Positions 47,170 to 56,432 of a DNA stretch of 64,000 nt are shown here, one piece after another. Where the stretch lies: NCBI GenBank assembly GCA_913775025.1, contig CAJYJW010000086.1, positions 27,205 to 91,204 on the forward strand. The letters are read 5' to 3'. The stretch is from an uncultured Sphingomonas sp. (GTDB lineage Bacteria > Pseudomonadota > Alphaproteobacteria > Sphingomonadales > Sphingomonadaceae). The first letter of the stretch is position 1. The number at the start of each line of letters is the position of its first letter. The notes below the pieces were generated by a model, which worked only from the letters and a program-made list of their open reading frames with translations, was not told where the DNA came from and did not search any database. A program made the translations under genes and the position numbers.

Positions 47170-47545
47170 GCCGAGCCGGCTGCAATCGCGGCCGGGCTGC
47201 TGCGGCAGCCCATGCTCCGGTGGAACGGCGCCGCGCAGGGCGGACAGGACGTGTTTCCCGACACGGGCATCGACGATCCGGCCCTTCTTCCATCCGAAGT
47301 GCGTGCACGGCATGTCCGCACCGAGCAGGTGAAAGGCGCGGATCGCATCCCTAGACGATACCGCCGACCGCAGCCGCATCCTCAACGACGTGGGTGCCGA
47401 TGTCGTAGCTGCCGTCGGGTACACACAGTAACTCAAGGCCGTTTCGGCTCATCCGTCGTCAGCGAAACCGTAGCTGGCGATCAGTTGATTGATCGCCAGT
47501 TGATCCTGCAGCGCCGCACGCTCGCCTTTAGGGGCGCCAGCCGCG
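47170..47545 (-). pseudogene. decayed NTF2-like (SnoaL_4-type) paralogue
   Basis: Minus-strand pieces lie in three frames: GERAALQDQLAINQLIASYGFADDG (stop), NGLELLCVPDGSYDIGTHVVEDAAAVGGIV (stop), and ..RDAIRAFHLLGADMPCTHF...GRIVDA... Confidence 0.45.
47194..47211 (+). terminator. small GC hairpin after the operon (7-bp stem, 4-nt loop)
   Basis: gggctgc-tgcg-gcagccc starts 28 nt after the stop at 47166. No U-tract follows. Confidence 0.35.
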
Positions 47546-47581
47546 CCTCGGCGGCGGGTCGGTCATGGCGCCACTCCGTCC

Positions 47582-48385
47582 TCAGGCCCCGGTGAAGGCC
47601 GGACTGCGTTTTTCCAGAAAGGCGTTGACCGCTTCGGCATGATCGGCGGTCTCGTGCGCGATCGCCTGCATCGCCGCCGACATCTCCAGAACGGTGTCGA
47701 GATCGGCGGTTTGGGCGGTGAGCATCAGGCGCTTGGCCATCCGGAGCGAGCGCGCGGGGTTGGCGGCGATCCGGCCGGCGAGCGCCAGCGCTTCGTCCAT
47801 GAGCGCGTCGCCCGGCGTCACGCGCGACACCAGGCCGAGCTTCAGCGCCTCATCGGCACCGATCGCATCGCCGGTAAGCAGCATCTCGGCTGCACGCGAG
47901 TAGCCGATCACCCGCTGCAGCAGCCAGGCACCGCCGTCGCCGGGCACCAGCCCCATCTTGATGAAGCTGGTCGCGAACTTGGCGCTGTCGGCCGCGATGC
48001 GGATGTCGCAGAGGCAGGCGATATCGCAGCCGACGCCGATCGCGTGACCGTTGACCGCCGCGATGATCGGCACCTCGAGCGCACGGAATGCCCGTGGAAT
48101 GCCCTGAATGCCGCTGCGATAGTTGGTGCGGGTCGATGCGGGATGCTCGAGTGGGCCGATGCCGGTGCGGTTTTTCATACCTTGAAGGTTGCCGCCGGCG
48201 CTGAACGCGCGTCCCTGGCCGGTGAGGATCGCCGCGCTGATCGATCGGTCGGCGCCGATCGCGCCAAGCGCGCCCACGAGATCGGCGCAGTCCTCATGCT
48301 CTCCGATGGCGTTAAGTTTGTCGGGCCGATTGAGCGTCAGGATCGCGATGTTGTCGCGCGTTTCAAGACGAACATAGTCACCCAT
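47582..48385 (-). CDS. enoyl-CoA hydratase/isomerase (crotonase family)
   Basis: 267 aa. Motifs: AILTLNRPDKLNA, AAILTGQGRAFSAGGNL, NGHAIGVGCDIACLCD. Confidence 0.9.
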   Translation of the reverse strand: MGDYVRLETRDNIAILTLNRPDKLNAIGEHEDCADLVGALGAIGADRSISAAILTGQGRAFSAGGNLQGMKNRTGIGPLEHPASTRTNYRSGIQGIPRAFRALEVPIIAAVNGHAIGVGCDIACLCDIRIAADSAKFATSFIKMGLVPGDGGAWLLQRVIGYSRAAEMLLTGDAIGADEALKLGLVSRVTPGDALMDEALALAGRIAANPARSLRMAKRLMLTAQTADLDTVLEMSAAMQAIAHETADHAEAVNAFLEKRSPAFTGA

Positions 48386-48888
48386 CTTCTGGTCTCCTCA
48401 GGATCGTTACGCCCGGTTCTAGGTGCGGGCGCGGCGAGGAGCCATGGCACGCGGCGCGACATCGATGGAGCGATGCCACCGACGGCGTGGTCCGCCGCTG
48501 ACAGGCACCTGCATCACGCGCCGTGAATCGAGACCATATCTTGCCAACGTCAGTCGAAGTCGCTGGTCCCGATTCCTTGCCTCGGATGCGGCGTGCATGG
48601 CGGAAGCCTCGGCTCTTCATGTCGTTCCGCACCAGCTCCCCAATGGCGGCGCGATGATCGCCGAGCTTCGCCTGCGCCAAGAAAGAGGCGTTGCCGCTCA
48701 TGCCGTCAATGGCCCGGATGTTTCGTGCCATGCTGGAAGCGGTAAAAACCCGCGCCTCCGCCTCGCCGCGCTTCGATGAAGCGGCACACCCGCACGAACG
48801 ACTGGAGCCGTGATCGGGTCTGGCCGCGTGGGCCGCCGGGCGACGATCCCTGCCAGCTGAGCGGCAGGTTAAGACCGTCCGCGCGATC

Positions 48889-50508
48889 TCAAGTGGTCGC
48901 GAGGTCCGCCAGCGCCCGCTCACGCAGGGCGAACTTCTGGACCTTGCCGAGTGGTGTGCGCGGCAGGTCGTCGACCACGAACAGGTGGCGCGGCACCTTG
49001 TAGTTCGCCATCCGCTCGCGACACCAGGCGGTCAGTTCCGCCTGGTCGATCGTCGCGCCGGCACGCGGGATGACGAAGGCGGCGGTCACCTCGCCCATTC
49101 GCGTGTCGGGCACCCCAATCACCGCGATCTCGGCGATGTCGGGGTGGGTGCCGAGCATGATCTCGATCTCGACCGGGTAAGCGTTGAACCCGCCGACGAT
49201 CACCACGTCCTTCAATCGATCGAGGATGCGCAGCCGTCCCTCCTCGTCGATGCGGGCGACGTCGCCGGTGCGCAGCCAGCCGTCCACGATCGTCCGGGCT
49301 GTCTGCTCGGGATCGTCGAAATAGCCCTGCATCACGTTCACCCCGCGCACCAGCAGCTCGCCCTGCTCCCCGGCGGGCACGTCGCGACCCTCCGCATCAA
49401 CGATCCGCGCCTCCGTCATGGGTACCGGTCGGCCTACGGTCTGAACGATCGCCTCGATCGGATCGCCGGGGTAGTTGGTCGAGATCAGCGCGGTGGACTC
49501 GGTCAGGCCGTAGCTCGTCAGGAAAATGTCGAAGCCGAGCACGTCGTAACCGGCGCGAATGATCTCTGGCGGGGTTTTGGCGCCGCCGGTGTGTCCGGTG
49601 CGCAGAGACGAGATGTCGCGGGTGCGGAAGTCCGGGTGCTGCATCAGCGAGTAGAAGACGGTCGGCGCGCCAGAAAGCTGGGTGATCCGTTCGCGCTCGA
49701 TCAGCGACAGCAGCTGGCCTGCGTCGAAGGTCGACAGCGGCCACATCGTCATGCCGCCCATCAGCGCCGACACCCAGCCGGAGCGGTAGCCGAAGGAGTG
49801 AAAGAAGGGATTGACGATGGCGGTGCGGTCGTCCGGCTTGAAATCGTTGGCGCGGCTCCAGAAGCTCGTCATCCACAGCGCCTGGCCGTGGCCGTGCATG
49901 GCGCCCTTGGGCCGGCCGGTGGTGCCGCTGGTGAACATCAGGTCGGCGGTGGTGTCCGGCGTCACCGCGGCGGCGGCCACCTCGAAGCGGGCGCGCGCCT
50001 CCGCGCTCACCGCATCCGGGGCGAACCCCGGCGTGTCGATTCGAATCAGCGCCTTCAACTGCGGCAGACCTGCGATCGGGCGGCCGCTCTCGCCCGGCCC
50101 GCCGCCCGCCGCCACCGCCATCGCGGCATAGTCCACGCCGAGGAACGCCCCGACGGTGAACAGCACCGACACGCCCGCACGCTCGAGCGCGTAATGGATC
50201 TCGGGCCCTTTGAAGCGGGTGTTGATCGGCACGAGAATCGCCCCGATCGATTCCGCGGCGCACGCCGCCACGATCCAGCCCGTGGAGTTGGGAGCAAGGA
50301 CGGCGACACGGTCCCCGATACGGACCCCCAGATCGAGCAGCGCGGCGCCCAGCCCCGCAACCCGTCTCTCGAGCGCGGCGAAGCTGGTGACCGTTCCGTC
50401 CTCGTCGATGGAGAATGGTTTGTCGTCATAGGTCCGCGCGACATGCGCGATCACCTTCGGCAGCGTATGATGCAGTCCGATCTTCAAACCGCCGTAATGG
50501 TCCGTCAC
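48889..50508 (-). CDS. AMP-dependent acyl-CoA synthetase/ligase
   Basis: 539 aa. Motifs: FTSGTTGRPKGAMHGH, SYGLTES, GWLRTGDVARIDEEGRLRILDRLKD, PRTPLGKVQK. Confidence 0.92.
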   Translation of the reverse strand: MTDHYGGLKIGLHHTLPKVIAHVARTYDDKPFSIDEDGTVTSFAALERRVAGLGAALLDLGVRIGDRVAVLAPNSTGWIVAACAAESIGAILVPINTRFKGPEIHYALERAGVSVLFTVGAFLGVDYAAMAVAAGGGPGESGRPIAGLPQLKALIRIDTPGFAPDAVSAEARARFEVAAAAVTPDTTADLMFTSGTTGRPKGAMHGHGQALWMTSFWSRANDFKPDDRTAIVNPFFHSFGYRSGWVSALMGGMTMWPLSTFDAGQLLSLIERERITQLSGAPTVFYSLMQHPDFRTRDISSLRTGHTGGAKTPPEIIRAGYDVLGFDIFLTSYGLTESTALISTNYPGDPIEAIVQTVGRPVPMTEARIVDAEGRDVPAGEQGELLVRGVNVMQGYFDDPEQTARTIVDGWLRTGDVARIDEEGRLRILDRLKDVVIVGGFNAYPVEIEIMLGTHPDIAEIAVIGVPDTRMGEVTAAFVIPRAGATIDQAELTAWCRERMANYKVPRHLFVVDDLPRTPLGKVQKFALRERALADLATT

Positions 50509-50627
50509 CGTTGCAAGTCCCTCATCCCGCTAATCAGGGGGTCCGGCGAGCCGGGCGAACGTGATCCATCCACGTATCCGGGCCAGGATGGCAACCATTC
50601 CGAGCAATATCGCAGCCGCGATTCCGC

Positions 50628-51422
50628 TCAGGGCACAAGAAGCAACGGCATCGCCTCCAGTGCCGGCTCTAGGATCGGCACGACCCGTGTCAGCGCCTCG
50701 CTGGCAAGCGTCAGCCGATCCTCGCTCAGTTGCGCGCGCACCCCGCCGCAGCTGATCGCCCAGTAGCGGCCACCGTCCGGGCCCGGCTGCCATAGCGGCA
50801 CTGCCACTGCGGAGAATTGGCCCTCGACCATCCCATCGAAACGCACATAGCCCTGATCGCGCAACTGACCGACCGCCGTCGCCATCCGGGTGCGCGCCGT
50901 AGCATCCGAGTGCGTCCGCGCCCATGTCTGTGCGGCCGCCTCGCGTTCGGCCTCGCTCATCCGGGCGAGGACGGCGAGCCCTGAACTCACCGCAAACAGC
51001 GGTGCCCGCCAGCCCACCGGCTGGTTGGGCGTAGGCAGCGCGCCATCGCAGGCCTCGATCGAAACTATGTCGTCTCCCTGCTTCAGGCTGAGCGAGGTGG
51101 TGACGCCGACACGTCCTGCGATGTCGCGGAGATAGGGCAGCGCGATCTCCGGAAAGCCCAGCCCTTGGATGGCGGCGAACCCCAAGGTCAGCGCAGCCGC
51201 CCCCACGCGCAGCGACGTCTGCGGTGTGCGCACGAGATAGCCCTCGTCGACCAGCGTCTGGCAGAGCCGCCAGGCGGTCGGCTGGCTGAGCCCGGTGCGA
51301 CGCGCGATCTCGGATACGGTCAGTTCGGCCCGGCGACGGTCAAAGCAGCGCAATATCGCCAACCCTCTCGCCAGCGCGGTGACACCAGGCTTCTTTGCCT
51401 CGATCTTTGACATGCTATCCAT
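50628..51422 (-). CDS. IclR-family transcriptional regulator
   Basis: 264 aa. wHTH: LARGLAILRCF...LTVSEIARRTGLSQPTAWRLCQTLVDEGYL. Divergent from the amidohydrolase gene. Confidence 0.88.
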   Translation of the reverse strand: MDSMSKIEAKKPGVTALARGLAILRCFDRRRAELTVSEIARRTGLSQPTAWRLCQTLVDEGYLVRTPQTSLRVGAAALTLGFAAIQGLGFPEIALPYLRDIAGRVGVTTSLSLKQGDDIVSIEACDGALPTPNQPVGWRAPLFAVSSGLAVLARMSEAEREAAAQTWARTHSDATARTRMATAVGQLRDQGYVRFDGMVEGQFSAVAVPLWQPGPDGGRYWAISCGGVRAQLSEDRLTLASEALTRVVPILEPALEAMPLLLVP

Positions 51423-51435
51423 CCCACGCTATATA

Positions 51436-51464
51436 TGAATAGTCTATTCACTAGATGAATAGAC
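51436..51464. promoter_or_regulatory. AT-rich operator candidate: 15-bp perfect palindrome TGAATAGtCTATTCA plus a third half-site TGAATAGAC
   Basis: Read directly. The palindrome is at 51436-51450 and the extra half-site at 51456-51464. They lie in the 75-bp gap between the divergent IclR gene (start 51422) and the amidohydrolase gene (start 51498). Confidence 0.5.
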
Positions 51465-51497
51465 AAAGCAAGCGCGGAAGTGGAAGGAGAAGATTTC

Positions 51498-52637
51498 ATG
51501 GACGATGTCGGCACCATCGCTCGCGACGCCAATGTCGAGGGTATCGCCTGGCCTATGCACCGCGAAAGCCGCGACAGCGGCTGGCGGCCGCCTGCCGGCA
51601 CCCGCATCATCTCCGTCGACGATCACGGCATGGAGGAAGAGGGTCTCTGGGAGAAGCGGCTGACAGGCGACGACAAGGAGCGCGCGCCCAAGCTGTGGAA
51701 GGACGACGAGAATCGCTGGCATATGGTCGTCGACGGGCAGAACTACGATGTTCCAGGCCTCGAATCGCACATCGGCGAAGGCCGGCCGGGCATGTGGGAC
51801 GCCAAGGAGCGTCTGCTGGACATGGACGCCGAGGGCATCGACACCTCGCTGTTCTTCCACAGCCGCGCGATGAGCCTCGTCCGATTGCAGGACAAGGCAT
51901 TCTTCACCCGTTGCATGGATGTCTACAACGAGTGGCTGGCCGAATATTGCGCGACCAATCCCGAGCGGCTGGTTGGCGTCGGCATCTTGCCGACCATCTA
52001 CGATCCGCAGGAATCGAGCGCTTACATCGCCAAGATGAAGGGCTGGGGCCTGAAGGCGCTGGAAATTCCCTCGGCGCCCAAGAACGTGCCCTACAACTCC
52101 TCGGCCATGGAACCGATGTGGGAAGCGATCGCCGACAGCGGCATTCCCGTCATGTTCCACGTCGGCGCTTATCTGGAGTTTCGCGGCCAGGGCGCGCTCG
52201 GCGCCAACCTGACCAAAAACCTCGGGCCTTACCGTCCGCTGTGGTCGCTGCTCGCCTTCTCGGGCATCCTCGAGCGGCACCCGAACCTGAAAATCGTGTT
52301 CTGCGAGGGCGGCTTCGGCTGGGTGCCGTGGACGCTGCAGGATGCGGACCGCATTTACCAAGTCTACGAGACCGAAATGCGCCCGAAGCTGAAGGAGCTG
52401 CCGAGCTTCTACTTCAAGCGGCAATGCTACGCGGCGGTGATGTCCGATGACGTCGGCGTCAAGCTGGCCGGAGACTATGACCTCACCGATAATCTGCTGT
52501 GGTCGTGCGATTATCCGCATGGCGAGAGCGTGTTCGGCGAGAGCCGGAACGAAATCAGGAAGATCTTCGACATACTTGGCGAGGAGCGCGCCAAGGACGT
52601 GGTCGGCCGCAACGCCGCCAAGCTGTGGAACCTCTGA
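51498..52637 (+). CDS. amidohydrolase-2 family metal-dependent hydrolase/decarboxylase (ACMSD/LigW-like)
   Basis: ATG at 51498 after GGAAGGAGAAG. Landmarks: IISVDDHGME near the N-terminus, HVGAY, and WSCDYPHGES near the C-terminus. Confidence 0.88.
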   Translation: MDDVGTIARDANVEGIAWPMHRESRDSGWRPPAGTRIISVDDHGMEEEGLWEKRLTGDDKERAPKLWKDDENRWHMVVDGQNYDVPGLESHIGEGRPGMWDAKERLLDMDAEGIDTSLFFHSRAMSLVRLQDKAFFTRCMDVYNEWLAEYCATNPERLVGVGILPTIYDPQESSAYIAKMKGWGLKALEIPSAPKNVPYNSSAMEPMWEAIADSGIPVMFHVGAYLEFRGQGALGANLTKNLGPYRPLWSLLAFSGILERHPNLKIVFCEGGFGWVPWTLQDADRIYQVYETEMRPKLKELPSFYFKRQCYAAVMSDDVGVKLAGDYDLTDNLLWSCDYPHGESVFGESRNEIRKIFDILGEERAKDVVGRNAAKLWNL

Positions 52638-52694
52638 CCGACGATCGCCGGCTGCTGCGCTGAACGGCGGCCACGCGTCGCAGGACCGAAAGAA

Positions 52695-52722
52695 GGCCGG
52701 TCGCTCGTCGGCGCGACCGGCC
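52695..52722. terminator. 10-bp perfect GC hairpin (ggccggtcgc-8 nt-gcgaccggcc)
   Basis: Lies 58 nt after the amidohydrolase stop. A T-rich run (TTCTTTC) follows only on the minus strand. It may therefore terminate a now-decayed minus-strand gene, or act bidirectionally. Confidence 0.4.
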
Positions 52723-53341
52723 TCGCTCGTGCAGGACGGACTTTTTTACGACCGTGCGACGCAAGCGGAATTCGATCGGAAGTTCGCCGACGTTCGTGTG
52801 CCCTCATTCGCGACCAGCCGAGGGTGGATGCCATCGCGCATGGCGGGCGCCTCGCCCGAGAACAGAGCGATAGAGATCGGCCGGTCTTGCAGGCTCGTCG
52901 CACGGCGACAGGCGGTCACTACGTTGCCGCCCGCGACTATTCCCCGACATCCACTGCGAAATGCTCTGCGGCTGGCCGAGCGACGGCGGCGTCAGTCGCC
53001 GCCATCGCTATCGTGCCTGAGCCCGCGCGATCTAACCGTCACCCAGCAGGATCTGCCGGACCTTCGCGCCCGCCTTGACGCCACAAACATATGGCCGACC
53101 GGCTCGCGGACCCGCCGCCAAGGCAAGCCGTCCACCGTTTCGCATCGCCGGGCGATCATCACGACAGCGATATCCGCCTTCGCGACGGGCCAACCGCTCC
53201 GGGTAAGGCGCAGGTCGCCCTAGGGACGGGTCCGACGTGAATAACAGGTGTGGAAGCGATGACGCCGATCGACGATCCTGCCGCCGGCCCCGCCGCGTCC
53301 CGTCAGATAGTGGGGGGCCAAGCCCTCCGCATCGGCGCGGC

Positions 53342-54571
53342 ATGATGGTCATCTCCTCGCGCGGGGTCGAGGAATGGCGGCAGGGTTGGACGGTCGTGCT
53401 CGGCGCGTCGTTGTCCATCGCCTGTGGCTTCGCCTGTTTTCCGTTCGTTTCGAGTCTGTTCATCCAGCCGCTAGAGTCAGAGTATGGCTGGTCGCGCGGT
53501 GAGCAGTCGCTGGTGCAGCTGATCTATATCGGAGCCTCGATGCTGACCCCGATCTTCGGAGATTGGGTCGATCGGGTAGGGGTGCGGCGTGTTGGCCTGA
53601 TCTTCATGCCGCTTGTCGGGCTATGCTTCCTCGCTCTTGCCGCGATGCCGGGATCGATCTCAGTCTATTACGGTCTTACCGCCATGCTGGTGATCGCCGG
53701 ACAGGGCACCACCGGCGTGGTCTTCACCCGCGCGGTCGTCGGCGCTTTCTCCCGCACCCGCGGCACAGCGCTTGCCGTTACCCGCATCGGCGTGTCGGTC
53801 GCCATCGCGACGCTGCCCGCACTGGTGTTCGCGGCGATCCGCCACTTCGGCTGGCCCGCGGGATACATCGCGATGGCGGCGGTCGTGTTCGGGATCGGCG
53901 TACCCGCGACGTGGCTTTGGGTTCGGGAACCGGCGGCCGCTCGCCCCGTCGAAGGCCGCGACGCGCCAGGCTTGATCGCCGTCTACGGGCCGCTCCTGAA
54001 GAACGGCAAGGTGCTGCTGCTATCCGCCACGACCGCGTTGATGATGGGTCCGATCGTCGGGCTGATCAGCCAGCTCCAGCCGCTGCTGGTCGGCAAGGGC
54101 CTGCCCGGCGCTACGGCGGCGGCAGGCGCGAGCGTACTGGCGCTGGCGGTGGTCAGCGGAACGATCGTGACGGGCGTGCTAATCGATCGGGTCTGGGCGC
54201 CGCTGATCGGCTGCGTGCTCACGCTGGTCGGCGCGGCGGGCTGCCTCGTCCTGTTCCTGTCCGCCAGCCTGACGCCGGCGATTGCGCTCATGGCGGTGGC
54301 GATGGTGGGCGTCGCCCAAGGCATGGAACTGGATCTCGTCGGCTATGTCATCGTCCGCTACTTCGGCCTCGCCGACTTTGCGCGGATCTTCGCCATCGGC
54401 ATCATGGCGCTGGGGATCAGCAGCGGGTTGTCCAGCGTCGCGTTCGGCATCACCTTCGACCAGACCAAAAGCTATGACCTGATGCTCGGCGTTGCCGCCG
54501 CGGCGCTCTCGGTGGCGGCTTTCCTCTTCCTGCTGCTCGGTCCCTATCCGGCGGAGGAGGCCGGCGGATGA
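53342..54571 (+). CDS. MFS transporter
   Basis: Trimmed to the ATG at 53342. 409 aa with about 12 hydrophobic segments. The cytoplasmic-loop motif region is GDWVDRVGVRRVG. Confidence 0.88.
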   Translation: MMVISSRGVEEWRQGWTVVLGASLSIACGFACFPFVSSLFIQPLESEYGWSRGEQSLVQLIYIGASMLTPIFGDWVDRVGVRRVGLIFMPLVGLCFLALAAMPGSISVYYGLTAMLVIAGQGTTGVVFTRAVVGAFSRTRGTALAVTRIGVSVAIATLPALVFAAIRHFGWPAGYIAMAAVVFGIGVPATWLWVREPAAARPVEGRDAPGLIAVYGPLLKNGKVLLLSATTALMMGPIVGLISQLQPLLVGKGLPGATAAAGASVLALAVVSGTIVTGVLIDRVWAPLIGCVLTLVGAAGCLVLFLSASLTPAIALMAVAMVGVAQGMELDLVGYVIVRYFGLADFARIFAIGIMALGISSGLSSVAFGITFDQTKSYDLMLGVAAAALSVAAFLFLLLGPYPAEEAGG

Positions 54572-54759
54572 ATGGCGCTTCGAGGCGTCAGGACGGTCGC
54601 CGGTTCGAGGCATCACCATCCCGCCTTACGTATTCGGTGTCTGGCCGTTCTCGCGGCGTGGTCCGGAACGACGGACCAGCGTGCGCCGCCCAGTGTCGCC
54701 GCCGGCATCGATGATCAGGGCCACGACGCCCTTGAAGCGGATGCCGACCCACTCGCTGA

Positions 54760-56280
54760 TCAGCCCGCCTCCTGCAGCCGCTCCGCGCGCAGGCGGGCGC
54801 GGCGCAACTTGCCCGCGTCGTCGCGCACCCGCTCCTTCGTGAACTCCACCGAGTGCGGCCGCTTGATCGCGCTTAATCGCGCCAGCGCCGGCGCCAGGAA
54901 GGCAAACCCATCGTCCGGCGAAGCCGCATCGGGCGCGAGTTCGATGATCGCGTGCAGGCGATTGCCCATGTCCGCGTCGGGCATCCCGATCACAGCCGCG
55001 CACAGCACCTCCGGCAGCGTTTCGATCGCTGCCTCGATCTCGGCCGGGAACACGTTGGTGCCGCCGATCGTCACCATGTCGGTCCGCCGATCGGCAATGT
55101 AGAGGTAGCCGTCCGCGTCGAGTCGGCCGAGATCACCGAACCCGTCGAGATCGCCGCGTATCCGGGTATCCGCACCGATGTAGGCGTACTTGTCGCCGGG
55201 CGGCACTGCGCGACGGAAGACGATCTCACCGATCTCGCCGGGTGGCAGAGACCGCCCCTCCTCGTCCAGGATCAGAACCTCTTCGCCTGCGACCGGCCGA
55301 CCCACCGAGCCGGGATGCTCGAGCCACTCCGCCCCGGTGAGGAGTGTGGTACCGATCCGTTCGCTGCCGCCATAGACCTCGAGAATGCGGTCGGGCCCAA
55401 GACGCTCGATCCACCAGCGCTTGACATCGACCGGACAAGGCGCCGCCATATGCAGGATCGTTCGAAGCGACGAGAGATCGGCGGCGGCGGTCTCGGCCCG
55501 CGGCAGCTTGGCAATGCGCGACATCATCGTCGGCACCAAATAGCCGAAGCTCGGCCGGTGCCGCTTCACCAAGCGCAGCCAGTCCCGCGCGTCGAACTGC
55601 TCGACCCCGACGACGTGGCATCCCTGTGCGATCGCCAGCGTGACGTAGGCGAACGGCGCGCTGTGATAGAATGGTCCGGGTACGAGGAGCACCGTACGCG
55701 GCGGGCGGTTCCGCCCCTCCTTGTCGGGTCCCCACGCGGAAGGTGTCGGATCGACGATCAACTTTGGGCGGCCGGTGCTGCCGCCGCTGGTGATGATGCG
55801 GTTGGGCGAGCCGATCACCGGCGGTAGCGGCGTCCCCGTCAGATCGGACGGCAGTGCGACGTCGATGTCGATCAATGGCGCTCCAACCGACGGCAGATCG
55901 GCCGTGCCGACGATGATTTTCGGCGAGAGCAGCGCCGTCAATTCGATGAATTCTTCAGCGACCAAGCGCCATGAGGCCGGACACGGCACAGCGCCGAGCT
56001 TCCACGCCGCGAACACTGCCTCGACGAACTCGATCCGATTGCGTAGCGCGATCATCACGCGATCGCCGGGGCCGACGCCCCCCGGGCCCGACAGCTGCCG
56101 CGCCCGGCGGTTGGCGCGCGCGTCGAGCATGGCGAAACTCCACGTCCTATCGCCGATGGTGAGCGCCGGCGCGTCCGGCATCGCTCGTGCCTGTGCGGTG
56201 AGCAGGGCTCCGAGCGGCGCGCCTTGGGCAGGCTGGCCGGTCGCATCGATCAGATCGGCAAGGGGGTTGTCGTCCGTCAT
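54760..56280 (-). CDS. AMP-dependent acyl-CoA synthetase/ligase
   Basis: 506 aa. Motifs: ITSGGSTGRPKLIV, YGGSERIG, GDLGRLDADGYLYIADRRTD. Confidence 0.9.
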   Translation of the reverse strand: MTDDNPLADLIDATGQPAQGAPLGALLTAQARAMPDAPALTIGDRTWSFAMLDARANRRARQLSGPGGVGPGDRVMIALRNRIEFVEAVFAAWKLGAVPCPASWRLVAEEFIELTALLSPKIIVGTADLPSVGAPLIDIDVALPSDLTGTPLPPVIGSPNRIITSGGSTGRPKLIVDPTPSAWGPDKEGRNRPPRTVLLVPGPFYHSAPFAYVTLAIAQGCHVVGVEQFDARDWLRLVKRHRPSFGYLVPTMMSRIAKLPRAETAAADLSSLRTILHMAAPCPVDVKRWWIERLGPDRILEVYGGSERIGTTLLTGAEWLEHPGSVGRPVAGEEVLILDEEGRSLPPGEIGEIVFRRAVPPGDKYAYIGADTRIRGDLDGFGDLGRLDADGYLYIADRRTDMVTIGGTNVFPAEIEAAIETLPEVLCAAVIGMPDADMGNRLHAIIELAPDAASPDDGFAFLAPALARLSAIKRPHSVEFTKERVRDDAGKLRRARLRAERLQEAG

Positions 56281-56432
56281 GTCGTTCAGGATCGTTGGAA
56301 TTTAGGCAAAGGCAAAGAAGGCCGATTGACTCCATCGCAGGCGCGATGATCGACACCCTGCAAGCTGACAAGCCGCGCCGGCTTTGGCAGTCGGCGATCA
56401 TCATCTCAGCGCAGGCGGAGCAAAGCGATCCC

